Counted from the stretch's first letter, positions 29,558-39,213 are shown. The stretch is DNA of 64,000 nt from an uncultured Gammaproteobacteria bacterium (GCA_964619625.1 CAZUFD010000002.1:14582-78581); one strand, 5' to 3'. The notes: generated from the letters alone by a model not told the origin. Program-made: numbers and translations.

Positions 29558-29812
29558 TTAGGAAAGGTGTTTGGAAACGAGTTTAGTCATTTCAAACATA
29601 TTTACCATTGCTTTTCCGCCAAATACTACTTTCAAAGCATCATCGGCATTGATATTGCGTTTATTTTTTTGATCCTGAAGACCCTTTTCTTTAATATAAG
29701 CCCAGAGTTTTTTAACCACTTCAGAGCGTGGCATTGGACCTTTTCCCACTACTACAGCGAGTTCTGCGCTGATAGTCATCGGCTTCATGAAAGCCGCGTT
29801 TGCTTTTGGCAT
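29558..29812 (-). CDS. Stand-alone SWIB/MDM2 domain protein
   Basis: S.ELA.VVG..PMPRSEVVKKLWAYIKEKGLQD..NKRNINAD..VNMFEMTKLVSKHL. Confidence 0.92.
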   Translation of the reverse strand: MPKANAAFMKPMTISAELAVVVGKGPMPRSEVVKKLWAYIKEKGLQDQKNKRNINADDALKVVFGGKAMVNMFEMTKLVSKHLS

Positions 29813-29889
29813 AGACTTTGTTTATGAATTAAATAGTTAAATTACTAGATATAATGATAGCATACCCTGCAAAAAATGCAACAAGGGGC

Positions 29890-30645
29890 TTATTTCATTT
29901 TAATATTTCGCACAACTGTCCATTGCATCACTGCAAACAGCACTACCGAAAGACCAAGAATAACCAAAAAAGAAAATAACGGATTTACATCGCTATAACC
30001 GGTAATGGCATAGCGGAAAAAATTAACATTGTGATGAATCGGGTTAAACAAACTCACTGTATTCCACGGAGCCGGTAATGTAGCCACCGGATAAAACACG
30101 CCAGCCAAAAATATCATAGGCTGCATCACAAACGTATTCATAAATGTTAAAGCTTCAAAATTTTTGGCCAAAAAACCAAACGCCACGCCAAGCATGCCAA
30201 ATTCAAGGCCCGTTAAAAATAATGCTGCCACAAGCGCCAGCGGATGCGCGGGAATCCCCATGGCCGGAATAAACCAAACCGTGCCGACAACTGCGATAAG
30301 CACCGTAGTTACCCCACGAGTAAGAGCTGCAAAAGCATAGGCCACGCCAATTCTCCAGGCTGGAATTGGCGCAAGCTGTATATCTATCATATTGCCCAAA
30401 TTTCTCGCGATTACAAGCGCAAATGATGGATTAGAAAAACTGGTGTTTACAATAAGCATGGCGAGAAGTCCTGTATATACAAATGTTAAGTATGGCAAAG
30501 AACCTATTTCACGTCCTGAAGTTACAATTCCAAACACACCTAAATATAGACCAATGGAGACAATCGGGTTAAATACGGTATCAATCCAAATTTTTTGGAA
30601 TCGCTTTACTTCTCTGGCATACAGCGCCCACATGTTTGTTTGCAT
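29890..30645 (-). CDS. ABC-2 type transporter permease (YadH-like)
   Basis: REVKRF, FLAGVFYP..LP, NPI....FRY; 6 TMs. Confidence 0.9.
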   Translation of the reverse strand: MQTNMWALYAREVKRFQKIWIDTVFNPIVSIGLYLGVFGIVTSGREIGSLPYLTFVYTGLLAMLIVNTSFSNPSFALVIARNLGNMIDIQLAPIPAWRIGVAYAFAALTRGVTTVLIAVVGTVWFIPAMGIPAHPLALVAALFLTGLEFGMLGVAFGFLAKNFEALTFMNTFVMQPMIFLAGVFYPVATLPAPWNTVSLFNPIHHNVNFFRYAITGYSDVNPLFSFLVILGLSVVLFAVMQWTVVRNIKMK

Positions 30646-30668
30646 AGTTTTTTACAAAATACTAAATA

Positions 30669-31571
30669 CTAATTGCCAGTCAATTTCAAAAAGATATGTT
30701 CAAGCGAAGCCGCTTCGGATCGGATTGATTTTAAATTATGATTGTAATGGCTGGTGAGTTTGGCCATATCGGTTGCTAAATCCGTAGTGATTGGAAATTC
30801 GTATTCCACTCCCACTTCCGAAACTCCGGCAAGCGGCGCGGCATTGCGGTCAAACAATTCAAAGTGAATTGTATTTTTGGAAAATTCCTGTTGAATATCT
30901 TTGAGCCGTCCGCTTTTAATAAGTTTGCCGTGATTGATAAGCGCGATTGATTCACAAAGCTGCTCGGCTTCTTCCAAATAATGCGTGGTAAACAAAATCG
31001 TTGTGCCTTCAGCATTAAGCCGCTGCACCAAACTCCAAATTTTTTGTCGCAAACTTACATCCACACCCGCGGTCGGCTCATCTAAAATCACTAGTTTTGG
31101 ACGATGTAAAATTGCTTTGGCAACCATTAGTCTGCGTTTCATGCCGCCTGATAAATTACGCGCGCGTTCATGTATTTTATCTTCCAAACCCAAATCTTCC
31201 AACACAGTTTTAATCCTAGCTTTGCGTTCGCCGCGCGGCACACCATACATGCCGCTAAAATAATACAAGACTTCTTCCACCGTAAAGGCCATTTCCATGA
31301 CAATTTCCTGCGGCACAACACCGATAAGCTGTTTAGTTTTGTTTGATTCTTTTACAACATCTAAACCAAACAATTCAATACTCCCCTGGTTTGGCAACAA
31401 GAGTCCGCTAATCATGTTAATAAGCGTAGACTTACCCGCTCCGTTTGGACCCAAGAGTCCGTAAATTTTTCCTGGTTCAATATCCAAAGAAACACCGTCT
31501 ACGGCTTTAAACTCCTGGCCTTTAGGATTTTTAAAAATTTTAGAAACATTATTTATACGCAGCGGCAACAT
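30669..31571 (-). CDS. ABC transporter ATP-binding protein (YadG-like)
   Basis: GPNGAGKST, LSGGMKRR, ILDEPTAGVD, TTHYLEEAE. Confidence 0.95.
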   Translation of the reverse strand: MLPLRINNVSKIFKNPKGQEFKAVDGVSLDIEPGKIYGLLGPNGAGKSTLINMISGLLLPNQGSIELFGLDVVKESNKTKQLIGVVPQEIVMEMAFTVEEVLYYFSGMYGVPRGERKARIKTVLEDLGLEDKIHERARNLSGGMKRRLMVAKAILHRPKLVILDEPTAGVDVSLRQKIWSLVQRLNAEGTTILFTTHYLEEAEQLCESIALINHGKLIKSGRLKDIQQEFSKNTIHFELFDRNAAPLAGVSEVGVEYEFPITTDLATDMAKLTSHYNHNLKSIRSEAASLEHIFLKLTGN

Positions 31572-31657
31572 ACAAGATAATTAATATAAGCACTTATTGT
31601 AGCACAAGAAAACAATTAAGACTAGGGTGTTATATAGAGAATTCATTAAAAATACGA

Positions 31658-31681
31658 ACGCACCGATGGGTATCGGTGCGT
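31658..31681 (-). terminator. Hairpin terminator downstream of the metallopeptidase cassette
   Basis: ACGCACCGAT/ATCGGTGCGT. Confidence 0.55.
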
Positions 31682-31741
31682 ACTAACTTATGAGCGACTC
31701 TTCGTCAGGGACGAGCGAGTAGCATCACTAGGGTTGAACCA

Positions 31742-32401
31742 CTAATCGTTGAGGCAGTGGAACTTGGCAGGCGCGAGGCGGTCGTAGGTGTCCTCTGCCA
31801 GTCTGGCTGCGGGAGCATAGTAGTTGGGGTCGCAGCTTGCGTGGCTGCAGATCTCATCCACATCTGCTCCGGTCAGACGGACGCTGGTAGGACGCGACGT
31901 CAGGACTCCTTCCTGATCATCTCCTAGGTGTCCGGCACCGAGTGCATGGCCCATTTCGTGAGCCGCAACGTTCTGCATCATCCATGTGCACGAGGTGTTG
32001 GGAGGACAGGTACCGTTGCCGTAGATGAAGATGTTGTCCCCATCATACTCACCGGCCAACCAGTCGCTCTCGTCAGAACGCGCTCCTTCCCACAGATCTC
32101 TACCGTCTTGCGTTGGGTAGTTCTCGTAGATCCAGTAGATACACCGGACCCCGTTGTTCTCCCCGCTGCCGTAGAGACCGGGCTTCTCGCCATCGTAGGC
32201 AAGGAACTGGTTCTCGTTCTCGTATCGCGCGTTGGCGTTGATGTCGGCAATCGCGGCCTTGATCTGATCGATCTGAGGCTGATGCCAACCGCCGCAGGCA
32301 TAGACCGTAATGGTCTGCTGCTTCTCCACCTCTTCTAGAGGCGGCGCTCCTGCACAGGCTGCCAGCACTGTGAAGAAGAACAGAAGAATGAAAGTCTTCA
32401 T
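31742..32401 (-). CDS. Zinc metallopeptidase lipoprotein (matrixin/metzincin-like)
   Basis: Lipobox VLAAC; HEMGHALGAGH; ATG at 32401 with GGGGAG SD; GC-rich. Confidence 0.8.
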   Translation of the reverse strand: MKTFILLFFFTVLAACAGAPPLEEVEKQQTITVYACGGWHQPQIDQIKAAIADINANARYENENQFLAYDGEKPGLYGSGENNGVRCIYWIYENYPTQDGRDLWEGARSDESDWLAGEYDGDNIFIYGNGTCPPNTSCTWMMQNVAAHEMGHALGAGHLGDDQEGVLTSRPTSVRLTGADVDEICSHASCDPNYYAPAARLAEDTYDRLAPAKFHCLND

Positions 32402-32473
32402 GGTCTTGTCTCCCCAGGCTAAGCCTGTTTTTTGGTTGTGTAAGAACGAAACTAGACACGATAATATACCCGC

Positions 32474-32502
32474 ATTATACCACAAAACAGGGCTTTTGTC
32501 AA
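32474..32502 (-). promoter_or_regulatory. Consensus sigma70 promoter of the metallopeptidase
   Basis: TTGACA-17nt-TATAAT with extended TG. Confidence 0.85.
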
Positions 32503-32540
32503 GCCCCTTACGCTATTATTTTGGCTAACTTTAGATAAAA

Positions 32541-34949
32541 TTAGTCTTCATCTGCCAACTCAACCCCAGCCGGATCAAGGCCACGTTTGGCCGGGCCGTG
32601 CAAAAGAGAACCATCTTTATTAAACCTAGAGCCGTGGCATGGACAATCCCAAGTTTTCGCATCATCATTCCAGCCAATAGTACAGCCAAGGTGCGGGCAA
32701 ACCGCCGAAAATGTTTGCACCTTTCCACCAGTTTTAACTACCGCCACTTTTTTACCCTCCAATTCCACCACCTCACCTTTGTCCTCCTGCAAATTAGCAA
32801 ATTTTTTATCTTTTTTCATAATTGAAATGTTGGTTTTATTATTTTTTGGCCAAACCAAAGTTCGGTCGCAAGCAAACAAAGTTTGAAAAGAATTAGTTTT
32901 ATTCATTACCAAATCCGCGGCTATGCTGCCACCAAAAAATCCTTGGGCTGTGCCATTGCCCGCCCAGCCGGTTAGAAAAATAACATTATTGCCATAAGCC
33001 GAATGCGGACCAACCAAAGGCAAGGTATCGGCCGTAGAAAAAATAGATCCTTGCCAGCTATTTATTATGTTAAACTGATTTTTCTCTCCCGCCAAATCTC
33101 GTAGCCACGTTTCCAATTTTTCATGCGGATTTCCTTTTGGTTTTGGTTCGTCTACAAACCAATCCTCGCCGCCCAAAAGAAATTCACTTTCCCCTACCGA
33201 ACGAAAATAATGATATGGATCTAAATCGTCGCAAAAAAATCCATTTCGCAGCGGCGGCTGGCCGGAAAACTTTATATCAATGACATAACTTATAGAACTG
33301 CGAATAAGGCTAGCGACTTTTGAAAAAAATTTATTAGATGGAATACCGGTTGCAACGATAAGTTTTTCTGTCACTATACCCCCCTCTTTGGTTTTTAAAT
33401 TGATTGTATCTCCCAAAGAAATATCTGTTACTTCGCTGTTTTCAAAAAATACCGCGCCATTTTTTACGGCCTTCTCCGCCAAAGCCAATAAAAATTTACG
33501 GATATGAAAAATACCGTCTGAATTATGCCTGCGATACGCTTGGCTTATTCCAACTCCCAACGCTCTGCTTGCTTTATCTTTATCTAACACCTCAAACCCG
33601 GAATCTTTTTCTTTAAGCCGATTAAAAGTTTTAGAAAAATCTGCTAATGATTTTTTATCTGTTTGCTTTGTAAAACAAAACGCATCAATATCCTGCCAGT
33701 CGCAATTAATTTTTTCTTCAACGATTGTTTTTTTAAATAAACTAATCGCAACATCGCTCGCCTCCCAAGCTTTTAAAGTCGCATCTATGTTTTCTAAAAA
33801 CCTGGTGGCACAGGCGGTAGAGTAGCCTGAATCTCCGCTGCCAATCGTGCCCGCCTCAACCACGGCCACTTTAACTCCGGCTTTAGATAAAAAATATGCG
33901 GCCGAAACTCCGGCCATTCCCCCGCCGACAACAACCGCATCAAAATTATTATCGCCTTTAAGCGTCGGAAAACGCGCTGTTGCCGGAACATCTCTAAACC
34001 AATAAGAAGGCTCATCTGAAATTTTTGCTACCTCTTTGCCACACGAACAATGTACGCATTTTTTCTGTTTCTCTTTGCCGAGCCCGCCTGCAACGCTTGC
34101 GCCGGCATTACGGGCAGGCAAAAACCACAAACTGGCAACCAGATTTCCGACGAGCAGTCCGTATACTAACGGATCAAAACTAAATAAATTAAATGTACGA
34201 GTTAGATACGTCATAACCACTGCCGCCACCGCCACCAAAGCCGCATAAAATATTTCTTGTTTTTTATTAACAAAGATTGAAGTCAAAGGCTCAACCAGCA
34301 TGACCGTAGCAAAGAAAAGCACTACTCCGGTAAGTAAATTGGCAGACAGCAGCCGTGGTAATAAATTTATAGTTACACCATCCGCAACAGATAAAACACT
34401 AAAGGCAGCCGCATACACAAGCAAAAATGTTCCGGTGATATGCCAGCGATTTTGCTTCCAAAGAATAATAAGCGCGGCCAAAACGATAAAAATAAATAAC
34501 AAAACTGCTGGGTCAAACAAATTAAATTTTACGAGTGACGGCACTTGAGCTGCGGCCACAGCCCACCAAGCGGCAATGGGCGTAAAAATACCCACAATCG
34601 CCAAGGCGCTGGAGGCCGGATTAAACACGTGGCGATTTTTACCAAAATGAAGCATCTGTTTGGTGGCCACGGCCAAGAGCGGCAGAAGAATAATAAAAAT
34701 CCAGCGCGGATTGGGTAAAGCGACAATCGCTAAAACAAATCCAGATATCCACGATGAAACCGGAAGATACCAAACTCGGTCGCGAACATAAGTCCAAAAC
34801 AAATCGTACAATGAATAAAGCAATACAATTAAAAGACTGCTGCCAAACATTTTCAAATCTTTAAAATATAAAGATGAAAACAAAAGCAACAGGCCCAAAT
34901 AAAAAACCATGAAATATTTAATCGGCAAACGATTCTTTAAACTGACCAT
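32541..34949 (-). CDS. Fusion: RnfD/NqrB-like membrane domain, FAD-dependent oxidoreductase, Rieske [2Fe-2S]
   Basis: RHVFNPA, FFATVMLVEPLT, GLLVGN (RnfD-like); VVVGGGMAG FAD motif; CPHLGC..WDCPCHGSRF. Confidence 0.85.
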   Translation of the reverse strand: MVSLKNRLPIKYFMVFYLGLLLLFSSLYFKDLKMFGSSLLIVLLYSLYDLFWTYVRDRVWYLPVSSWISGFVLAIVALPNPRWIFIILLPLLAVATKQMLHFGKNRHVFNPASSALAIVGIFTPIAAWWAVAAAQVPSLVKFNLFDPAVLLFIFIVLAALIILWKQNRWHITGTFLLVYAAAFSVLSVADGVTINLLPRLLSANLLTGVVLFFATVMLVEPLTSIFVNKKQEIFYAALVAVAAVVMTYLTRTFNLFSFDPLVYGLLVGNLVASLWFLPARNAGASVAGGLGKEKQKKCVHCSCGKEVAKISDEPSYWFRDVPATARFPTLKGDNNFDAVVVGGGMAGVSAAYFLSKAGVKVAVVEAGTIGSGDSGYSTACATRFLENIDATLKAWEASDVAISLFKKTIVEEKINCDWQDIDAFCFTKQTDKKSLADFSKTFNRLKEKDSGFEVLDKDKASRALGVGISQAYRRHNSDGIFHIRKFLLALAEKAVKNGAVFFENSEVTDISLGDTINLKTKEGGIVTEKLIVATGIPSNKFFSKVASLIRSSISYVIDIKFSGQPPLRNGFFCDDLDPYHYFRSVGESEFLLGGEDWFVDEPKPKGNPHEKLETWLRDLAGEKNQFNIINSWQGSIFSTADTLPLVGPHSAYGNNVIFLTGWAGNGTAQGFFGGSIAADLVMNKTNSFQTLFACDRTLVWPKNNKTNISIMKKDKKFANLQEDKGEVVELEGKKVAVVKTGGKVQTFSAVCPHLGCTIGWNDDAKTWDCPCHGSRFNKDGSLLHGPAKRGLDPAGVELADED

Positions 34950-34970
34950 AATCCGAGTTTTGCAAAATTA

Positions 34971-35537
34971 CTACTTAACAATAACTGTGCCGCGCATGGA
35001 ACCATGGAAAGAGCACGTATAATTATAGGTACCGGCCGAAGTAAACGTGTGGCTAAATGTTTGCCCAGAAGACATGGCACCGCTACTGAACGAACCGTTG
35101 TCGGCAGTGACTGTGTGTGGCGCGCCGTCGTTATTGGTCCAAGTTATAGTATCACCTGCGGAAATCGTAATACTGTTTGGTTGGAAAGAAAATCCAGCAA
35201 TAACGGCGCTAACTTTTTTAGGCGCAGGCGTTGGCGCAGGCGTTGGAGTTGGTTGAGGAGTTGGAACCGGAGCGCTTTGTGTAGGCTGGTCTGGGGCGGT
35301 GGACGGCTCAGATTTGGTTGGCGCGGTATCGGTCGGCTTGCTTGCCGGTTCGCTGGCAGATGAAACAGCTGGGGCAGATGTTGGCAAACTTCCACCAGCT
35401 GGTTCTGACGAAGGCTGGCCTTGCGTAGGCGCAACTACGGCATCTGTATTTGTACTTGTGTCTGATTTAACACAACCGGCACCCATTAACACTACGCCTA
35501 CGAGCGCTGCTAACAAAGAAAGTTTTGTTTTATACAT
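34971..35537 (-). CDS. Cupredoxin (plastocyanin/amicyanin-like) lipoprotein
   Basis: LMGAGC lipobox, Pro-rich linker, type-1 Cu ligands PHTV..YTCSFHGSMRG. Confidence 0.92.
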   Translation of the reverse strand: MYKTKLSLLAALVGVVLMGAGCVKSDTSTNTDAVVAPTQGQPSSEPAGGSLPTSAPAVSSASEPASKPTDTAPTKSEPSTAPDQPTQSAPVPTPQPTPTPAPTPAPKKVSAVIAGFSFQPNSITISAGDTITWTNNDGAPHTVTADNGSFSSGAMSSGQTFSHTFTSAGTYNYTCSFHGSMRGTVIVK

Positions 35538-35580
35538 AATAAAATTAATTAAAAAACACTTTTATATTATACACGCAAAA

Positions 35581-35991
35581 TTATCTAAGGAAAAATCTAT
35601 GGGTTTGCCTATAAGACAAACGATATAAGAAAGTTAAGGCAAACCAATATGCGCTATGCTCAAGGTTTATAAACCCGCGAAAATTAAACGGACTGGCAGT
35701 ATAATCCCACAAACGATAATCAAGCAAAGACAGAGACACGATTCCGCCAAAAAGCTCTAGAACCACACATAAAATTGTGCCAACAAATATACTGGGCCAA
35801 AACTTTAATCTGGCAAATCTAAAAAGTACAAAAAGCATTACCGCGGCCATGCCATAGATAAGAGAAAAATATGGCACCAGTGTGCCGGGCGAGTATTTTC
35901 CAGCATAAAAAGTGCGGTAGGCAGTATCTATCCCCCAGCCGAAAATTCCTCCGCCAATAAAAATCTTTGCATATAACAATACCTGACGCAT
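35581..35991 (-). CDS. Putative permease-family membrane protein (CmpB/TMEM229-like)
   Basis: GW..D, IYG, LELFGG, RLWDY...FNFRG.I. Confidence 0.75.
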   Translation of the reverse strand: MRQVLLYAKIFIGGGIFGWGIDTAYRTFYAGKYSPGTLVPYFSLIYGMAAVMLFVLFRFARLKFWPSIFVGTILCVVLELFGGIVSLSLLDYRLWDYTASPFNFRGFINLEHSAYWFALTFLYRLSYRQTHRFFLR

Positions 35992-36012
35992 AGAGGGAAA
36001 AACTTATCGCGA

Positions 36013-37164
36013 TTATTGTTTTTTAATTAACGTCTTATTCACCCACTGACCATCGCCAATTCTATACCAACCTGTCTTTTCTTCAAGAATACGAACAGTC
36101 ATATTTTTATTTATTTTTGTAACTACGGAATATTTTGTAGCTGGGCCACTACGAACATTTAATCCATTGGTTGTCGGATTGCCTCGTCCAAGCAATGTGG
36201 AAGCTCCCATCATCAGCGGCAAGGTGCGGCTTGGTTCTACAAAATATTGTCCGGGTAAATTATAGCCACAGCTAGCGCTTCCTCCCCCATCTGCTTGCAA
36301 TTGATTTTCTTCTGGAACTCCCGCGGCCGAAAGCGCACGACTGGCCTCACCCACCGTAGCCGATTGGCTGCAATAAATAACAAGCTCCTGTTTGTTTGGC
36401 ATAACTCCAATAAACAAACGGGCCGTACCCACACCATCACTTTTACTAACATCGGGTGCCAAACTTTCAAACGCCTGATCACCGCTTGCGGTACCCACAA
36501 AAACATCCGCGTCAAATTGTTGGATATTGGCCCGACCAGTGCGGTTGTTAATGAGTAACATACGACGGGAACTCGCTATATCAAAATCCGGACGACTGCC
36601 GCTGGAAATAACGGTGGTGGTGCCAACCGTATATTTAAGCGCCATACTTAAATCGGATGTTGGCAAGGTAATATTAAAAAATGGCGCGTTCCAGACAAAC
36701 TTATTATCTTTAGATACTCCCTTGCCCTGTTCGGCAACAAATCGCGGGAAGGCAAAATTATGATACGGACTTGCCACTGACACGGGCGGTGTTATAACGG
36801 GCGTAGAAGTTTGCGCGCTTCCAAATGGATCTTCAGTGGTAGTTGGAGTAACAACTGCTGGCGTTGAATACCCAACATCAATAGCAGTTACAAATGGGGC
36901 GTTAATTTGTCCCCAATCTAACGGTTCGCTGCTGGTGGAAAAAATAAATTCAATTTCGTTTTGGGGCAGATAAATACGAGTGATAAAATCCAACGAACCG
37001 TTACCGGCTGGTGCTTTAAAATAACTGGCAATTCCCTGCGCTTTAGCCCAGGTAATCGGCGTGTACCCTTCTGGTGTAGCCGGTTTCCAAGCGGCGGCAC
37101 TGGCGCTAAGTGGAGCTAAAAGCAAAACGAAAAACGCAAAAAGGCTAAAAGATATTTTTTGCAT
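36013..37164 (-). CDS. Secreted protein with phosphodiester-glycosidase-like region and C-terminal SH3b
   Basis: Signal peptide; AR..IG..QADGGGS; LNVRSGPATKY..GWYRIGDGQWV. Confidence 0.65.
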   Translation of the reverse strand: MQKISFSLFAFFVLLLAPLSASAAAWKPATPEGYTPITWAKAQGIASYFKAPAGNGSLDFITRIYLPQNEIEFIFSTSSEPLDWGQINAPFVTAIDVGYSTPAVVTPTTTEDPFGSAQTSTPVITPPVSVASPYHNFAFPRFVAEQGKGVSKDNKFVWNAPFFNITLPTSDLSMALKYTVGTTTVISSGSRPDFDIASSRRMLLINNRTGRANIQQFDADVFVGTASGDQAFESLAPDVSKSDGVGTARLFIGVMPNKQELVIYCSQSATVGEASRALSAAGVPEENQLQADGGGSASCGYNLPGQYFVEPSRTLPLMMGASTLLGRGNPTTNGLNVRSGPATKYSVVTKINKNMTVRILEEKTGWYRIGDGQWVNKTLIKKQ

Positions 37165-37265
37165 AAAAAAATATTAAAAATTAGTTCTTGTATTATAACA
37201 CAGAATAAAAAGAAAAGCTTAAATTTAGATGTAAAAGTATTTGACGTATAATTAATAGACTAAAT

Positions 37266-37300
37266 CAAAAAAACAAGGCCCATCAGAACCTTGTTTTTTG
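37266..37300 (-). terminator. Intrinsic terminator
   Basis: CAAAAAAACAAGG/CCTTGTTTTTTG. Confidence 0.65.
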
Positions 37301-37317
37301 AAGTCTATAATTTAAAT

Positions 37318-37734
37318 TTATACCCAAGCGCCAATAATCGCGCCCGCGGCTAGCAAAGTAACTAACATATTCAAACTTTCCAACCAGAATAATGTTTTGT
37401 TTCCGCCCCAGAGCACATCACCAACTTTAACGGGCAAAACAAAACCAAACCACATGATAAAGCCGCTCATAGCTCCGTTTGCCCAACCAATCTGAGCAAA
37501 ACCAACAATTATTCCGGCCAACACATAAAACATCACCAGACTGGCAATAAATTGCCCTGCATAGCTCATCCACATCTTTTTCTTCATGGCCGCCTGCTGT
37601 TCCGGCGTCCATTTATCCATACCCATAGCAGCCATAAACTTTTTGCCAAACAAAGGCCCATACCAAATACTGCCAATAACCATAGAGGCTACTGCAGCAG
37701 CTAATATCGCCCAACAATTAACGCTTGCCCACAT
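37318..37734 (-). CDS. DUF1761 membrane protein
   Basis: N.WAILAA...IGSIWYGPLFGK. Confidence 0.88.
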   Translation of the reverse strand: MWASVNCWAILAAAVASMVIGSIWYGPLFGKKFMAAMGMDKWTPEQQAAMKKKMWMSYAGQFIASLVMFYVLAGIIVGFAQIGWANGAMSGFIMWFGFVLPVKVGDVLWGGNKTLFWLESLNMLVTLLAAGAIIGAWV

Positions 37735-37759
37735 ACGAATTTTAAATTAAAAAATTAAA

Positions 37760-38161
37760 CTAACGTAATAGATAAACTGATATAAAAAGCACTATAAAAT
37801 TTATTGCCGACAGCACGCACCACGTGCAAAAAGCTTTCAACACTACTGCTTGCACATAAGTAAAGTACATTGAAAATAAAAAACCAATCGTAACAATGAC
37901 TGTAATTGGCCAGAACGGCGCAAGCCCTTGGGTAAATAAAATAGAAAAAAATATAATACCCGCATACATAGCAAGCCCTAAAAATGCATTTGGGATGCCA
38001 AACATTCTGCTCTGCGGACTAGACTGCACTTTCGCGCACCATTCTGCTGGAAAGAACCAACAGGCCACCGGCGTCTTTTTTATGGCATGATAAGATAAGT
38101 ATATGGTATCTAAAATTCCAATACCGGCAAATATGAAAATTAGTGTCAAATAGAGCGGCAT
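37760..38161 (-). CDS. Vitamin K epoxide reductase (VKOR) family disulfide-bond protein
   Basis: C......C.KV.SS..S.MFGIP; FCTWC; ATG at 38161. Confidence 0.92.
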   Translation of the reverse strand: MPLYLTLIFIFAGIGILDTIYLSYHAIKKTPVACWFFPAEWCAKVQSSPQSRMFGIPNAFLGLAMYAGIIFFSILFTQGLAPFWPITVIVTIGFLFSMYFTYVQAVVLKAFCTWCVLSAINFIVLFISVYLLR

Positions 38162-38177
38162 AAATTTAAATAATAAA

Positions 38178-38573
38178 TTATTCAGTAGTCTTTCCATCAA
38201 AATACTCTTCGTTAGTTTCGGCCTCTGCTTTTGTTTTAGCAATGACCCCGTCTTGATGGTTTGGTGGTGAATATAGAGTATATAATTTGAGCGGTTTATC
38301 AGAAGTAGTATTGATGATGTTGTGTTTTGTTCCAGCTGGAACGACAACTACAAATCCATCACTTATTATGTGTTCAACATCATCCAGAACTGCTTTCCCT
38401 TTGCCTGATTCACATCTAATAAACTGGTCTAACTGATGCACTTCCGCGCCAATATCCTCATTTGGTAGCAAACTCATCACAACCAGTTGACTGTTTTTAG
38501 CAGTATACAAAACTTTCCTAAAATAATCATTCCCTAAAGAAATTTTTTCTATATTTGCTACATATCCTTTCAT
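38178..38573 (-). CDS. Cupin domain protein
   Basis: SQLVVMSL..EDIG.EVH..DQF..PAGTKHN..LYTLYSPPNH. Confidence 0.92.
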   Translation of the reverse strand: MKGYVANIEKISLGNDYFRKVLYTAKNSQLVVMSLLPNEDIGAEVHQLDQFIRCESGKGKAVLDDVEHIISDGFVVVVPAGTKHNIINTTSDKPLKLYTLYSPPNHQDGVIAKTKAEAETNEEYFDGKTTE

Positions 38574-38686
38574 AGAAAATATTGTGAATTATTAAATTTT
38601 AATTTAACACACTTATACTCTATTATTTATAGTACCTTTTTAGATTACTTTTGTCTATTTAGTTCTAATCATACGCCATATATCAA

Positions 38687-38716
38687 AATAACCGCTTAGG
38701 GTTAAGCGGTTATTTC
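38687..38716 (-). terminator. Intrinsic terminator after tRNA-Trp
   Basis: AAATAACCGCTTA/TAAGCGGTTATTT. Confidence 0.75.
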
Positions 38717-38724
38717 GGTCTGTG

Positions 38725-38796
38725 CAGGCCCGCTCGGATTCGAACCGAGAACCTCGGTTTTGGAGACCGATGTTTTACCATTGAAACTACAGGCCT
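38725..38796 (-). tRNA. tRNA-Trp(CCA)
   Basis: AGGCCTG/CGGGCCT acceptor stem; anticodon loop CTCCAAA; GTTCGAATC. Confidence 0.95.
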
Positions 38797-38836
38797 AATG
38801 GCACAAGAGCCCCGCTAAGCGAGGCCCTCGTGGGTT

Positions 38837-38992
38837 TTACTTGGTTTCTTTATGAGTCGTGTGCTTCTTGCAAAATTTGCAGAACTTTTCCAACTCCAAA
38901 CGATTCTTCAAAACTCTTTTATTTTTGTTTGGAAAATAGTTCATACGTTTGCATTCCGTACACTCCATTTTCACCCTATTATCTTGTGACAT
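38837..38992 (-). CDS. rpmG: 50S ribosomal protein bL33 (zinc-binding form)
   Basis: Manual translation [51 protein letters not shown]. Confidence 0.95.
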   Translation of the reverse strand: MSQDNRVKMECTECKRMNYFPNKNKRVLKNRLELEKFCKFCKKHTTHKETK

Positions 38993-39025
38993 AATATAAA
39001 TAAATTATTTTTAAAACTCGACTCG

Positions 39026-39098
39026 AGCCGTTGTCGGGAATTGAACCCGAGACCTTTTCCTTACCATGGAAATGCTCTACCATCTGAGCTACAACGGC
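39026..39098 (-). tRNA. tRNA-Thr(GGT)
   Basis: GCCGTTG acceptor stem; TTTCC-ATGGTAA-GGAAA anticodon arm. Confidence 0.93.
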
Positions 39099-39103
39099 AG
39101 TTG

Positions 39104-39185
39104 TGGGTGGAGTAGGATTCGAACCTACGAAGGCGGAGCCAACAGATTTACAGTCTGCTCCCTTTGACCGCTCGGGAATCCACCC
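39104..39185 (-). tRNA. tRNA-Tyr(GTA)
   Basis: GGGTGGA/TCCACCC acceptor stem; loop CTGTAAA; long variable arm. Confidence 0.95.
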
Positions 39186-39213
39186 ATTTACAACACACTA
39201 TCGTGTTGCTCTG

